The notes: generated from the letters alone by a model not told the origin. 64,000 bases of DNA from an uncultured Bacteroidales bacterium (GCA_964462015.1 CAYWXI010000002.1:23128-87127), one strand, 5' to 3'. Positions 38,416 to 49,159 are shown, numbered from the stretch's first letter. Numbers and translations: made by a program.

Positions 38416-39645
38416 ATGTTTGATGTAGACAAATGGCAGGAAATATTCAGCACAATCAAAAAAAATCGCTTGCGAACATTTTTGACAGGATTCAGTGTTG
38501 CATGGGGAATATTTATGCTTATTGTTCTTTTAGGTTCGGGATACGGGCTTGAAAATGGAGTTAAAAAAGAGTTTGAGGGCGATGCTGTCAACTATCTTAG
38601 TGTAAACCCAGGAATAACAAGTATCCCTTATAAAGGATTGAAACCCGGCAGATATCTGCGGTTCACTAACGAAGACAGAGAAATTCTATCAAAAATTGAT
38701 AAGGTTGAAAGTAGTTCTGCTCGTTTCACAATTTGGAGAAATAATACTTTATCATATAAAAACGAATACGGTACTTTTGATATTTTTGCTGTTTCTCCCG
38801 AATACAAAGATGTTGAATCCTTAGTGCTTGCAAATGGAAGATATGTTAACAAAAAGGATGTTAATGATTTCAGAAAAGTTGTTATTCTTGGCCGCGTTGT
38901 TTATGATGCACTTTTTAAAGGAAAAGAAGCTGTTGGTGAATATATAAAGGTTAGCGGAGTTCCTTTTAAAGTTGTTGGTGTATTTGATGATCCAGGAGGA
39001 GACAGAGATCTCAGACGTGTTTATATTCCATTCACGACTGCTCAAAAAGTTTTTAACCAGGGAAACAGGATCAGAAGTGTATGTCTTATGCTTGGAGATG
39101 CTAATGTTGATGAAAGTCAAATCGTTGAAGAAGAAATTAGAAGCTCGCTTTCCTCGAAACTCAAGTTTGATCCTGAAGACGAGCGTGCTATACGTATATT
39201 TAATACAATAGAAAATTATGAACAATTTATGACCCTTTTTGCAAGTATCCGGCTTTTTATCTGGATAATAGGAATAGGAACAATAATAGCCGGAATAGTT
39301 GGGGTTAGTAATATTATGATGATAATAGTTAAAGAACGTACCAAAGAAATTGGAATTCGGAAAGCTCTTGGTGCTACTCCCTGGTCAATCATTAGTCTGA
39401 TTTTACAGGAATCTATTTTAATTACAAGTTTTGCCGGATATATTGGCCTGGTTCTGGGGGTTGGTTTGTTAGAACTTGTTTCAAAAGCAATGCCTTCAAC
39501 GGATTATTTTGCTAATCCCGAGATTGATTTTAAAATTGCTATTTCAGCAACACTATTATTGGTGCTTTCAGGAGCCATTGCAGGATTTGTTCCGGCAAGA
39601 AAAGCTGCTGGAGTTAAACCTGTTGTTGCTTTACATGATGAATAA
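38416..39645 (+). CDS. ABC transporter permease (MacB/FtsX-like)
   Basis: GVSNIM..VKERTKEIGIRKALGA. Confidence 0.93.
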   Translation: MFDVDKWQEIFSTIKKNRLRTFLTGFSVAWGIFMLIVLLGSGYGLENGVKKEFEGDAVNYLSVNPGITSIPYKGLKPGRYLRFTNEDREILSKIDKVESSSARFTIWRNNTLSYKNEYGTFDIFAVSPEYKDVESLVLANGRYVNKKDVNDFRKVVILGRVVYDALFKGKEAVGEYIKVSGVPFKVVGVFDDPGGDRDLRRVYIPFTTAQKVFNQGNRIRSVCLMLGDANVDESQIVEEEIRSSLSSKLKFDPEDERAIRIFNTIENYEQFMTLFASIRLFIWIIGIGTIIAGIVGVSNIMMIIVKERTKEIGIRKALGATPWSIISLILQESILITSFAGYIGLVLGVGLLELVSKAMPSTDYFANPEIDFKIAISATLLLVLSGAIAGFVPARKAAGVKPVVALHDE

Positions 39646-39678
39646 TTTTTATTATTTGAATAATAAAAAAATAGTATT

Positions 39679-40947
39679 GTGAAAATTTTTGATTTAGACA
39701 GATGGAATGAAATACTTAGCACTTTAAGAAAAAATAAATTGCGCACTTTTTTCACTGCTTTTGGTGTGTTTTGGGGTATTTTCATGCTGATAATAATGCT
39801 TGGTTCAGGTAAAGGGCTTGATAATGGTGTTAGCCAGGGAATGGGCGACATGGCAACAAACAGCATGTTCATGTGGACACAGCAAACTTCAATCCCATAT
39901 AAAGGTTTTCCTCGCGGAAGACGTTTTAATTTCAATAATGATGATACAAAAGCACTAATTAATAATATTTCTGAAATTGAATATATTGCTCCAAAGTTAA
40001 GAGGTTGGGGCGGAAACGGGAATAATAATGTAATTCGCAAAGACCGAACCGCCGCTTTTACTATTCAAGGTAATTATCCGGATTATAATCTTATCGATCC
40101 CGCTAACATTATAAAAGGAAGGTATATTAATGATATTGATATCAAAAATAAACGTAAAGTTGCAGTAATCGGCAAAAGGGTATATGATGAAATGTTTGAG
40201 CCGGGAGAGGAAGCAATTGGTGAATATTTGAAAATCCAGGGAGTATTTTTTCAGGTTGTAGGAGTATTTAAATCAAAAAAGAATGACCAACAAGCTGAGC
40301 ACGAAGAAAGAGAAATATCTATTCCTTTAACAACTTTACAAAAAACATATAATTATGGTGATGTAATCGGATATTATGCTATAACCGGAAAAAGCAATGT
40401 TTCGGTTTCAGAAGTTGAAGAACAGGCAAAAGAATTAATGCGAAGCCGCCATAGTGTTTCACCCGACGATGAAAGAGCAATCGGTTCGTTTAATGTAGAA
40501 AATGAATATAAAAAAATGGTTACCCTTTTTAAGGGAATTAACGGACTGATTTGGATTGTAGGGATTGGAACTTTATTAGCCGGAATTATTGGTGTTAGCA
40601 ATATTATGCTGATTGTAGTAAAGGAACGTACCAAAGAAATTGGAATTCAAAGAGCAATTGGTGCTACACCGTCAAACATTATCGGTCAGATAATTACAGA
40701 ATCGGTTTTTTTAACAACTTTGGCAGGATATATTGGTTTGGCAGCCGGAGTAGGAATTCTTGAATTAATTAACTGGACGTTGATAAAAGTAGGCGCAGCT
40801 ACTGATATGTTTAACAACCCGGAGGTTGATTTTAATAAAGCTATAACCGCTTTAACGATATTAATAATTTGTGGAGCACTTGCAGGATTGATACCGGCAA
40901 AAAGAGCTGTAAGTATCAAGCCTATTGACGCTTTACGAGACGAATAA
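39679..40947 (+). CDS. ABC transporter permease (MacB/FtsX-like), paralog
   Basis: GVSNIM..VKERTKEIGIQRAIGA. Confidence 0.93.
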   Translation: MKIFDLDRWNEILSTLRKNKLRTFFTAFGVFWGIFMLIIMLGSGKGLDNGVSQGMGDMATNSMFMWTQQTSIPYKGFPRGRRFNFNNDDTKALINNISEIEYIAPKLRGWGGNGNNNVIRKDRTAAFTIQGNYPDYNLIDPANIIKGRYINDIDIKNKRKVAVIGKRVYDEMFEPGEEAIGEYLKIQGVFFQVVGVFKSKKNDQQAEHEEREISIPLTTLQKTYNYGDVIGYYAITGKSNVSVSEVEEQAKELMRSRHSVSPDDERAIGSFNVENEYKKMVTLFKGINGLIWIVGIGTLLAGIIGVSNIMLIVVKERTKEIGIQRAIGATPSNIIGQIITESVFLTTLAGYIGLAAGVGILELINWTLIKVGAATDMFNNPEVDFNKAITALTILIICGALAGLIPAKRAVSIKPIDALRDE

Positions 40948-40991
40948 AATGAATTTAAAAATAGAATTATTTAATTTAGAAAATTAGAACG

Positions 40992-42071
40992 ATGAAGAAA
41001 TTTCTGAAGATTTTTTTTGGAGTATTATTATTAGGTATTTTTGCATATACGATTTATTTCCTATATCAAAAGTCACAAACAAAACCTATAGTTTATGAAA
41101 CAACTACGGCTTTTGTTTCCAATATTATTAAAAAAACAACAGCAACCGGTTCGGTTGTTCCGCGTTATGAAATTGAAATTAAGCCACAAGTATCGGGTAT
41201 TATTGAAGAAATATACATTGAAGCCGGAAAAAGCATTAACAAAGGTGATTTGATAGCAAAAGTAAAGATCATTCCAAATATGGTTGCATTAAATAATGCC
41301 GAATCGCGGGTAAACCGGGCAAAGATTAACCTTGAAAATGCTAAACGAAATTACGATCGTCAAAAGGAATTGCTTGATGAAAACGTAATTGCTCAAACCG
41401 AATTTGAAGCTTATGAACTTGCTTATGATAACGCAGTTGAGGAACTTACCTCAGCTAAAGATAATCTTGACCTTGTGAAGGAAGGACAAACAAAAAGCTC
41501 GGGAAAACCCACAAATACTTTAATCAGATCAACCATTACGGGTATGATCCTTGATGTCCCGGTTGAAATCGGAAATTCGGTTATCGAAAGTAATACTTTC
41601 AATGCCGGAACAACCATAGCTACAGTTGCCGATATGGCTGACATGATTTTTAAAGGAAAAATTGATGAATCCGAAGTAGGGAAAATATCGGAAGGCATGC
41701 CTTTGATACTATCAATCGGAGCCTTGGAAAATGTTTTCTTTGATGCCGACCTTGAACATATTTCACCCAAAGGCGTTGAAGAAAACGGTGCTATTCAGTT
41801 TGAAATAAAAGCTAATGTAAAATTAAAGTCCGATAAATTTATCAGGGCAGGATATAGCGCAAATGCCGATATTGTTCTCGACAGAGTTGACAGTGTATTA
41901 ACTGTTTCGGAAAGTCTTCTGAAGTTTGAAAACGACACTGCTTTTGTTGAAGTAGAAACCGCACCTCAACAATTCGAAAAACGCTTTATCGAAACAGGAT
42001 TATCCGACGGAATAAATATTGAAGTTCTTTCAGGCTTGACAAAAGATGATAAAATAAAAATGAGTAGCTAA
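40992..42071 (+). CDS. Efflux periplasmic adaptor (MacA/HlyD-like)
   Basis: N-terminal TM; IKPQVSG, helical hairpin, IRSTITG, GLSDGINIEVLSGL. Confidence 0.92.
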   Translation: MKKFLKIFFGVLLLGIFAYTIYFLYQKSQTKPIVYETTTAFVSNIIKKTTATGSVVPRYEIEIKPQVSGIIEEIYIEAGKSINKGDLIAKVKIIPNMVALNNAESRVNRAKINLENAKRNYDRQKELLDENVIAQTEFEAYELAYDNAVEELTSAKDNLDLVKEGQTKSSGKPTNTLIRSTITGMILDVPVEIGNSVIESNTFNAGTTIATVADMADMIFKGKIDESEVGKISEGMPLILSIGALENVFFDADLEHISPKGVEENGAIQFEIKANVKLKSDKFIRAGYSANADIVLDRVDSVLTVSESLLKFENDTAFVEVETAPQQFEKRFIETGLSDGINIEVLSGLTKDDKIKMSS

Positions 42072-42116
42072 ACAATCATTAGAAGTAAAACCCCCTTTTT
42101 AAAATTAAATATCTTC

Positions 42117-42162
42117 AAAGGTTTTCCAAAGTTTGATCTCCAAACGGAAAACCTTTTTTTTT
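42117..42162 (+). terminator. Intrinsic terminator after the ABC operon
   Basis: aaaggttttcc/ggaaaaccttt stem plus U-tract. Confidence 0.8.
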
Positions 42163-42218
42163 ATTTTTTTTGATATATTGAATACTTTTTGTTACTTTGT
42201 TGGACATTTTAATTTAAA

Positions 42219-43349
42219 ATGTTGGATGGCTTGGTTTTTATGAGTGAAACAATAATGGGAAAAAAAATGAAAAGGTACTTGTTATTATTATGTTCAATGG
42301 CTCTTGTTTCTATAACTATGGGAAATATTGCTACACCAAGAGCCCATATTTCGGAAATATACATCGATAGTGTTGGTAATTGGACTATTGAATTAGGTTT
42401 TTATTATGAGTTTGGCCTAAATGAAATTGATTCTATCAGAATAGAAACATCAACCGGAAGCTCAAAATTAATGAATTACACATTGTTGCCGGCCGGAGGC
42501 TATCCAAACTTTGATTCGATATCTGTAATTACCAATTTAAATCTTGATGCTCCAATTTCTATAAATCCTTTGTACGATTATATAAAAATAATAAGTTATA
42601 CCTGGGGAGATGAACCATTTGATTACGTAGCAATTGGAAATTACCCCGGATCAATGCTTGATTGTACAAAAAGTGGTGAATCAATAATTTACCTTTCATA
42701 TATTCAAAGCGCCGGATATACCGGAAGTTTTTGTATTGATAAAACCCCGTCTATAGGATTTGTAAATGATACAACCGATGCGTTAGGCAATTTTAGTGGA
42801 ATGATTTATAATTTAAACGGAGATGTTTTTACTGAAGGGTGGTTCCCTGTTCCATACGTTCATAATACAACTATTCATATTAATCCGGATGGATCATTTT
42901 CAGAAAGAATATTCTCCCGACGATATGTTTTTGATACAATTATTATTCGTTTCCCACCATGGCCATATACAAAAGAAACATATACCATTGAACCGATTGA
43001 CTTTTGTTTGAGGCCCGACTCCTTGCATTATCAAGATATTATTACCACAAGTCTTGTGACAGGGATTGATGAAAAAGAAATTGATTTTGAAAATGTTGTC
43101 GTTATTTCACCAAATCCGTTTACTGATAAAGTAATATTCTATTTTAACCTTGGGGTTCATTATCCATCTGATGAAGTAAATTTATTGATCTTCAGTCAGG
43201 ATGGAAAAAAATTACAACACCAAAAATTGTTTGTGAATCAAAAAAGATATGAATGGATAACTGAAGAATCTATTCCATCAGGAGTTCTAATGTATCAGTT
43301 GAATAAAAATAATCAAACTATAAAATCAGGAAAATTAATTAAGTTATAA
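42219..43349 (+). CDS. Hypothetical T9SS-secreted protein (start probably 42267)
   Basis: Signal peptide MKRYLLLLC; C-terminal SPNPF...SGKLIKL. Confidence 0.85.
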   Translation: MLDGLVFMSETIMGKKMKRYLLLLCSMALVSITMGNIATPRAHISEIYIDSVGNWTIELGFYYEFGLNEIDSIRIETSTGSSKLMNYTLLPAGGYPNFDSISVITNLNLDAPISINPLYDYIKIISYTWGDEPFDYVAIGNYPGSMLDCTKSGESIIYLSYIQSAGYTGSFCIDKTPSIGFVNDTTDALGNFSGMIYNLNGDVFTEGWFPVPYVHNTTIHINPDGSFSERIFSRRYVFDTIIIRFPPWPYTKETYTIEPIDFCLRPDSLHYQDIITTSLVTGIDEKEIDFENVVVISPNPFTDKVIFYFNLGVHYPSDEVNLLIFSQDGKKLQHQKLFVNQKRYEWITEESIPSGVLMYQLNKNNQTIKSGKLIKL

Positions 43350-43359
43350 ATTCTATTTT

Positions 43360-43926
43360 ATGCTTAAAGTATTATTAGTTTTATCTTTAATAATATCTTT
43401 TTTCAATGCATGTAGTCAGGGTTTCTCATTTTATAAAGAGAATATAACTATGAAAATTGAAAGGGATCATTTCTACGTCACAGGTATTTATTATCTAAAA
43501 AGCGATAGAAGTAAAAGCGAAACTTTAGTGTATCCATTTCCGGTTGACTCATCTTTCGGAGAAGTGGATTCCATATATGTTTTTAACCTGACAACTAATG
43601 AAAATATTATGCTAAAAAAATTAAAAACTAATTATGCAGTTTTTAAAATTGATTTTAGTCATAATTCTGAATTAATGATTCAAGTTGCATATAGACAAAA
43701 ACTTTTGGATACTCGTGCTGAATATATCCTGAAATCAACCATTAGTTGGAAAAAACCACTTGATCAAGCAAATTATCAATTAGTTGTACCATCAAATATG
43801 CATATTTGTAAATTTTCTATTCCACCACAAGATTCAATTATTACAAAAAAAGACATAGTTTATTATTGGAGAAAACTTAATTATATGCCAACTGAAAATT
43901 TTATTTTTGAATATGAAAGAGATTGA
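43360..43926 (+). CDS. Hypothetical exported protein
   Basis: Signal-like N-terminus; YILKS..SW.KPL. Confidence 0.75.
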   Translation: MLKVLLVLSLIISFFNACSQGFSFYKENITMKIERDHFYVTGIYYLKSDRSKSETLVYPFPVDSSFGEVDSIYVFNLTTNENIMLKKLKTNYAVFKIDFSHNSELMIQVAYRQKLLDTRAEYILKSTISWKKPLDQANYQLVVPSNMHICKFSIPPQDSIITKKDIVYYWRKLNYMPTENFIFEYERD

Positions 43927-44113
43927 TCAAGTTAAATTATTTTGTGATATTTCTATGGGCTATATTGACGATCTAACAAGCGATACTTTATTAAATGGGT
44001 GGAATTATATCCAACATCAAATTATTATAGATAAGCTTGGTTTTTACTTAGAAGGATTGGGTGTAACACCTGATTTCTCCGTTTATTTTATATTTCAAGA
44101 AAATATAAAGTAA
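43907..44113 (+). pseudogene. Probable fragment of an S41 peptidase C-terminus
   Basis: G..DD...LLNGWNY...G..LEGLGVTPD resembles the S41 tail LPNGW...EG.GV.PD. Confidence 0.5.
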
Positions 44114-44186
44114 TGAAAATATTAAAATTGCCAATCATTATAGAATTTCCTATAAAATCAATTATCTTTGTTGAAAATATTATTTT

Positions 44187-45521
44187 ATGGATAATAACCA
44201 GATAAACATAAAGCTAAAAAACATAAGAGCTGTTGAGAAAGCAAATATTATTCTTGACGGTATTACTATTATTACAGGAGAAAATGGGAGTGGAAAGAGT
44301 ACGATTTCAAAATTAACATATAATTTATTTAAAACTTCAATTGAATACGATACAATTGTTGACAGTAAATTAAAAGATGAATTAAATTATATTTACAGAA
44401 CTTTGGATCAATTGACAAGAGATTTGTCTTACTTTCTAGAAAAGGATGAGTATTTAAAAACACGAAATTCATTTAGAAGATTATTAAATCGAGACGAATC
44501 GCAATTAGAACTATTTGAGGAAGAAAACAACATAAATTCTGCTATTGATTATCTTATTTCTAAATTTGATAGAATATCTAATTATGAATATAATCCTCAA
44601 ACAAATAGACGGATAGAAAGAATCAAGAGAATCCTTGGTGATTCATTATTTTCTGAAAACATTGACACAGATACTAAAGTTACAGAGTTATTAAAGAGAA
44701 TAAAATCAGTAGTTAAAAAATCAATCAATGGAGCAAATCAGTTAAAAGAAGGAAGACCTATTTCAATTTTAGATGATAATTTAGAAGAAGCATTTTATGA
44801 CGCCCCATTATTAAAGTCATTTAATGTTTATGAATATGGAATTCCTATTATAGATAGGAAAAATAATAAACTAATTTCACTACATACAATACAAAATGTT
44901 GCTTATATTGACACTCCAATGATTCTTGGCATTGAATTTTATGCTGAAAGATCACATTGGGAGGATATTAATAGCCTTTTAACAAAAAAAAATATTCACA
45001 AAACAAATAAGGAAATTGACTTAATTTTCAGGAAAGATATATTAAAAGGAGATATTAATCATGTGGATGAAGAAATTTCTGATAAATCATTTATATATAA
45101 AAGAAATGATGGTAAAGAATTTGATTTATTGGAATGTGCAACTGGTTTGAAATCATTTGCAATTCTTCAGATACTATATAAAAATGGATTTTTCAATAGT
45201 AAGACTCTGTTAATAATTGATGAACCAGAAGTTCATTTACATCCTCAATGGGTAGTTGAATATGCTCGTTTAATTGTACATTTAAACAAAAAGCTAGGAG
45301 TAAACTTTTTAATTGCAAGTCATCATCCTGATATGATTAGTGCGATTAAGTATATATCAGAAAAAGAAAATATAAGTTCTAACCTTCATTTTTATTTGGC
45401 TAATAAAAGCAATAAAACCTTTTTATATGAATATGTAAATTTAGGTGTAGAAATCGATGATATTTTCTCTTCATTCAATATCGCATTAGAAAGAATAGAC
45501 TTGTATGGAACATCAGAATAA
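44187..45521 (+). CDS. ABC-type (AAA_15/AAA_21-like) ATPase with helical insert
   Basis: GENGSGKST, ATGLKS, IIDEPEVHLHP, IASHHP; no TM; TATCTTTG promoter element at 44163. Confidence 0.9.
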   Translation: MDNNQINIKLKNIRAVEKANIILDGITIITGENGSGKSTISKLTYNLFKTSIEYDTIVDSKLKDELNYIYRTLDQLTRDLSYFLEKDEYLKTRNSFRRLLNRDESQLELFEEENNINSAIDYLISKFDRISNYEYNPQTNRRIERIKRILGDSLFSENIDTDTKVTELLKRIKSVVKKSINGANQLKEGRPISILDDNLEEAFYDAPLLKSFNVYEYGIPIIDRKNNKLISLHTIQNVAYIDTPMILGIEFYAERSHWEDINSLLTKKNIHKTNKEIDLIFRKDILKGDINHVDEEISDKSFIYKRNDGKEFDLLECATGLKSFAILQILYKNGFFNSKTLLIIDEPEVHLHPQWVVEYARLIVHLNKKLGVNFLIASHHPDMISAIKYISEKENISSNLHFYLANKSNKTFLYEYVNLGVEIDDIFSSFNIALERIDLYGTSE

Positions 45522-46005
45522 TTGGAAGTATTGCACAGAAACCACTAATCATCATCAGATGGTAAAGAAGTATAAAAATTGTGTTGAAAATATTAAGGAT
45601 TTAACCATTGTTGAGGGAGGCAAAAATCCTCCATTTAATGATGAAAAGTGTCTAAATCTTGATAAGGTTGAAGGAATACTAGCTCAAAAAGAAAAACGAG
45701 AAGCTCGTAAAACAATGGATATGTCTTTTGGTATTGTATTGGGAAATCAAAGGCAATTTTTACTTTGTGAATATCGACTCAACTATAAAAACGTAAAAAA
45801 CTTGAAGAGAAGTGAAATGGACTCAAAAATTTCAAATTCAAGAATTCTTTTAGGCCACGAACCAGCTATTCACAAATGTTATCTTTTTATATTTAATTCA
45901 AAAATAAAGCATCAGGCATATAGTATATTGAGAAGGTTGTTTTCAAACAGAAGTATTGTAAAAGCAATGGATGTTAATGAATTAAAGGAAATCTATTTTA
46001 ATTAA
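45505..46005 (+). CDS. Hypothetical partner protein, PD-(D/E)xK nuclease-like motif
   Basis: KTMDMSF...LLCEYR...KISNS; overlaps the ATPase gene by 17 nt. Confidence 0.6.
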   Translation: MEHQNNWKYCTETTNHHQMVKKYKNCVENIKDLTIVEGGKNPPFNDEKCLNLDKVEGILAQKEKREARKTMDMSFGIVLGNQRQFLLCEYRLNYKNVKNLKRSEMDSKISNSRILLGHEPAIHKCYLFIFNSKIKHQAYSILRRLFSNRSIVKAMDVNELKEIYFN

Positions 46006-46079
46006 GAAAAGTCAAAATAGATAGTTGCTAATAAATAAGAATTTAGCAACCGGTCACTTTTTAACAAAACAAGAAAACA

Positions 46080-46142
46080 AAGGAAATTGAAATGATTGAG
46101 TAACTTAAAAAACAATACTTCGATGAAAAAAACAGAAAATAA
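46080..46142 (+). pseudogene. 3' remnant of a HigB/Gp49-like toxin gene
   Basis: KEIEMIE*LKKQYFDEKNRK* overlapping the antitoxin start. Confidence 0.5.
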
Positions 46143-46428
46143 TTTAACATCATTTACTGACCACTTGGACCAACAGTATGGAAAAAGAGGAACAGAAGAG
46201 AGAGAAAGTTTTGAAGAAGGATTTGAAGCGTTTAAACTTGGTGTAATGCTTCAGGAATTAAGAAAAAACAATGGACTGACACAAGAACAGTTAGCACAAA
46301 AATGCGGAACAACAAAGACTTATATTTCACGAATTGAAAATGACGCTTCCGATATCAGACTTTCTACACTTATGAGAATAATCAGAGAAGGATTTGGGAA
46401 ACATTTAAAATTAAGCATTGACTACTAA
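46123..46428 (+). CDS. XRE/HigA-like antitoxin
   Basis: LRKNNGLTQEQLAQKCGTTKTYISRIEN; ATG 46123 preferred over TTG 46096. Confidence 0.88.
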   Translation: MKKTENNLTSFTDHLDQQYGKRGTEERESFEEGFEAFKLGVMLQELRKNNGLTQEQLAQKCGTTKTYISRIENDASDIRLSTLMRIIREGFGKHLKLSIDY

Positions 46429-47261
46429 TGATAAAAATTGGAAAATATAACGAATTAAAAATTCTAAGGCAAGCAAGTGTTGGCTTATATTTAGTTGATG
46501 AATCAGGTGAGGAAGTACTGTTGCCCAATAAATATTGCCCTGAAAGTTTTGAGTTAGAGGATAAAATCAAGGTTTTTGTTTACCGTGATTCCTCGGAGAA
46601 AAAAGTAGCTACAAACCTGACCCCCGATATTTTACTACATGATTTTGCTCTATTACAAGTATCAGATGTAACAGATGTTGGAGCCTTTTTGGATTGGGGA
46701 ATAGAAAAAGATTTAATGGTTCCTTTCCAAGAGCAAAGACGAAAAATGCAAAAAGGAAGATGGTATATCGTTTATTTGGATATTGATGAAAAAACAGACC
46801 GGCTGTATGCCACAAATAAAATAGAAAAGTTTCTGCAAAACGAAGATATTACTTTAATTGAGGGAGAAAAGGTTGAGTTGATGGTGATGCAGGAATCTGA
46901 ACTTGGCTTTTCGGTAATAGTTAACAATAAGCATAAAGGATTGGTTTTTGCAAACGAAGTATTCACAGAACTCAAAGTTGGAGATAAATTGAATGGTTTT
47001 GTAAAAAAAATCCGTGAAGACAATAAAATTGATATTTCACTTCAGCCAATTGGTTACAACAATTTTAAAGACAAAAATAGTGAATTGGTTTGCCGCAAAT
47101 TAGCAGAAAACAATGGATTTTTGGCAGTTACGGATAAAAGCTCTCCCGATGAAATTTATTCGCAGTTTGGCATTAGCAAAAAGGCATTTAAAAAAACAAT
47201 AGGAGCATTATACAAACAACGAGAGATTACAATAGAGCCTGATGGAATTAAACTTATTTAA
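46428..47261 (+). CDS. cvfB: CvfB/YitL S1 RNA-binding protein
   Basis: VGLYL..VLLP, GAFLDWG.EKDL, ISKKAFKK.IGALYK. Confidence 0.9.
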   Translation: MIKIGKYNELKILRQASVGLYLVDESGEEVLLPNKYCPESFELEDKIKVFVYRDSSEKKVATNLTPDILLHDFALLQVSDVTDVGAFLDWGIEKDLMVPFQEQRRKMQKGRWYIVYLDIDEKTDRLYATNKIEKFLQNEDITLIEGEKVELMVMQESELGFSVIVNNKHKGLVFANEVFTELKVGDKLNGFVKKIREDNKIDISLQPIGYNNFKDKNSELVCRKLAENNGFLAVTDKSSPDEIYSQFGISKKAFKKTIGALYKQREITIEPDGIKLI

Positions 47262-47302
47262 ACCCGGAAGAAATTATCTTTCCACTCCGAAAACTTGTAA
47301 AA

Positions 47303-49159
47303 ATGAAATCTATTTCAACTATTCTGGTATTTCTCATACCCATACTATTGTCAGGGCAAAATGATTTGTTTACCAATGTAACTTCTGTTTCTGACACTCT
47401 GATTAACATTGCAGATGGTGTTTCACAATTTGTTGATTATGATAATGATGGTGATCTTGATATTTTTATTTGTGGCAATTCCGATGATTCCGCCGCTGTA
47501 GCATTGTACCGGAATGATCAGAACGACCAATTTACTTTTGTCGATACAAATATACCCCCCTTAATGTATGCTGATGCATCTTGGGGAGATTTTAATGGTG
47601 ACAACTTTCCTGACCTTCTACTAACAGGTGCCACTATGGAAAATAATGAGCTTATTCCTCATTCTTACCTTTTTCAGAACCATGGCAATGATCAATTTAC
47701 GAACCTCAACATCGACCTGCCGGATGTTTATTCAGGATCCGTTTGTTGGGGAGACACGGATAATGATGGCGATTCGGATATAGTTATAACAGGTGCTTTT
47801 GCCGAGGAAAAGGGAAAAAACACCATTTTGTCTTTGAGCCGTATCATCAGGAATGACGACAATAATATCTTTACTCCTGTTTCAGCTGATATACTGGGAG
47901 TTTATGATAGCAGGGTAAGCTTTGGTGATTATGACAACGACCAGGACCTTGACCTTTTGATAAATGGATATTATTTTGACACCCTGGGTTTTGGATACAG
48001 ATTTACAGGTATTTACCACAACGATGGTGACAATGAATTTTCATATAAATCCTTCGGGCTCCCACAGCTTAGGTTTGGTGATGTAGCCTGGGGCGACAAG
48101 GATAACGATGATGATCTGGATATCATACTTAATGGGGATCCTTCCACTCCAACATTTTTGGCATATATTTTCAATAATAACGGCAACGGTTCTTTCACTG
48201 ATATCGGTATAGAAATACTTGGTACGATTGATGGCAATGTCTGCTGGGCCGATTATAACAACGATGGTAATGTCGATTTTATACAATCAGGCTACCTTGA
48301 AATCCCTGTACCTGAAGTTACTACTCGTCTCTATCGGAACTATGGTAATGATTTGTTCAATGTTGATCCGTCGGCGAATTTACCCGGCCTCCAAAAAAGT
48401 TCTATTTCATGGGGCGATTACGATAATGATGGTGATGTTGACTTACTTATGTCAGGATATACGGATATTCAAATAGAGCATTCAAGTACTTTTCTGTTAA
48501 AGAATAATACAACTACTCCAAACACACCTCCAATACCTCCAAATAACCTCACTACTGAGATTAACGGAAACCGGGCCACTCTTGGTTGGAGCAATGCTTA
48601 TGATTCTGAACAGGCCGGTAATGGCTTTTCATATAATATTAAAATCGGTACAATAAGCCGGGGCACGGATATTTGTCCTCCAATGGCTACAAATGATGGA
48701 TTTAGGCAAATTACAGCATTAGGTAATGCCAATACTAACATTCGCTGGAGAATAGAAAATCTTGCTGATGGAGTTTATTACTGGAGTGTACAGGCTATCG
48801 ACCAGGGATTTGCTGCTTCTTCATTTTCAGAAGAGGCCAGCTTCGAAATAAATACCGTTGGGATTGACGAAATAGTAGATTATGAACCGGGAATTGAAAC
48901 TAATTTATATCCAAATCCTTTTACAGATAATATCACTATTGAACTGGATTTATTATTAGAGCAGTTTATTTCTGTTTCTATATTTAACGATCAAGGTAAA
49001 TTTGTCAGCATGCTGATAAATAAACGCCTGAGTCGCGGGAAACATCAGTTCATTTGGGATAGATCAGGTTTTCCCATGAATGAATTGAAAAGGGGAATTT
49101 ATATTTTAAATGTTTCAGGTGAAAAGGAACATTATTTTCTGAAGCTTGTTGCTCTTTGA
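47303..49159 (+). CDS. FG-GAP/VCBS repeat protein with FN3-like and T9SS domains
   Basis: Seven D-x-D/N-N/G-D-G-D-x-D repeats; YYWSVQAID; LYPNPF. Confidence 0.9.
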   Translation: MKSISTILVFLIPILLSGQNDLFTNVTSVSDTLINIADGVSQFVDYDNDGDLDIFICGNSDDSAAVALYRNDQNDQFTFVDTNIPPLMYADASWGDFNGDNFPDLLLTGATMENNELIPHSYLFQNHGNDQFTNLNIDLPDVYSGSVCWGDTDNDGDSDIVITGAFAEEKGKNTILSLSRIIRNDDNNIFTPVSADILGVYDSRVSFGDYDNDQDLDLLINGYYFDTLGFGYRFTGIYHNDGDNEFSYKSFGLPQLRFGDVAWGDKDNDDDLDIILNGDPSTPTFLAYIFNNNGNGSFTDIGIEILGTIDGNVCWADYNNDGNVDFIQSGYLEIPVPEVTTRLYRNYGNDLFNVDPSANLPGLQKSSISWGDYDNDGDVDLLMSGYTDIQIEHSSTFLLKNNTTTPNTPPIPPNNLTTEINGNRATLGWSNAYDSEQAGNGFSYNIKIGTISRGTDICPPMATNDGFRQITALGNANTNIRWRIENLADGVYYWSVQAIDQGFAASSFSEEASFEINTVGIDEIVDYEPGIETNLYPNPFTDNITIELDLLLEQFISVSIFNDQGKFVSMLINKRLSRGKHQFIWDRSGFPMNELKRGIYILNVSGEKEHYFLKLVAL

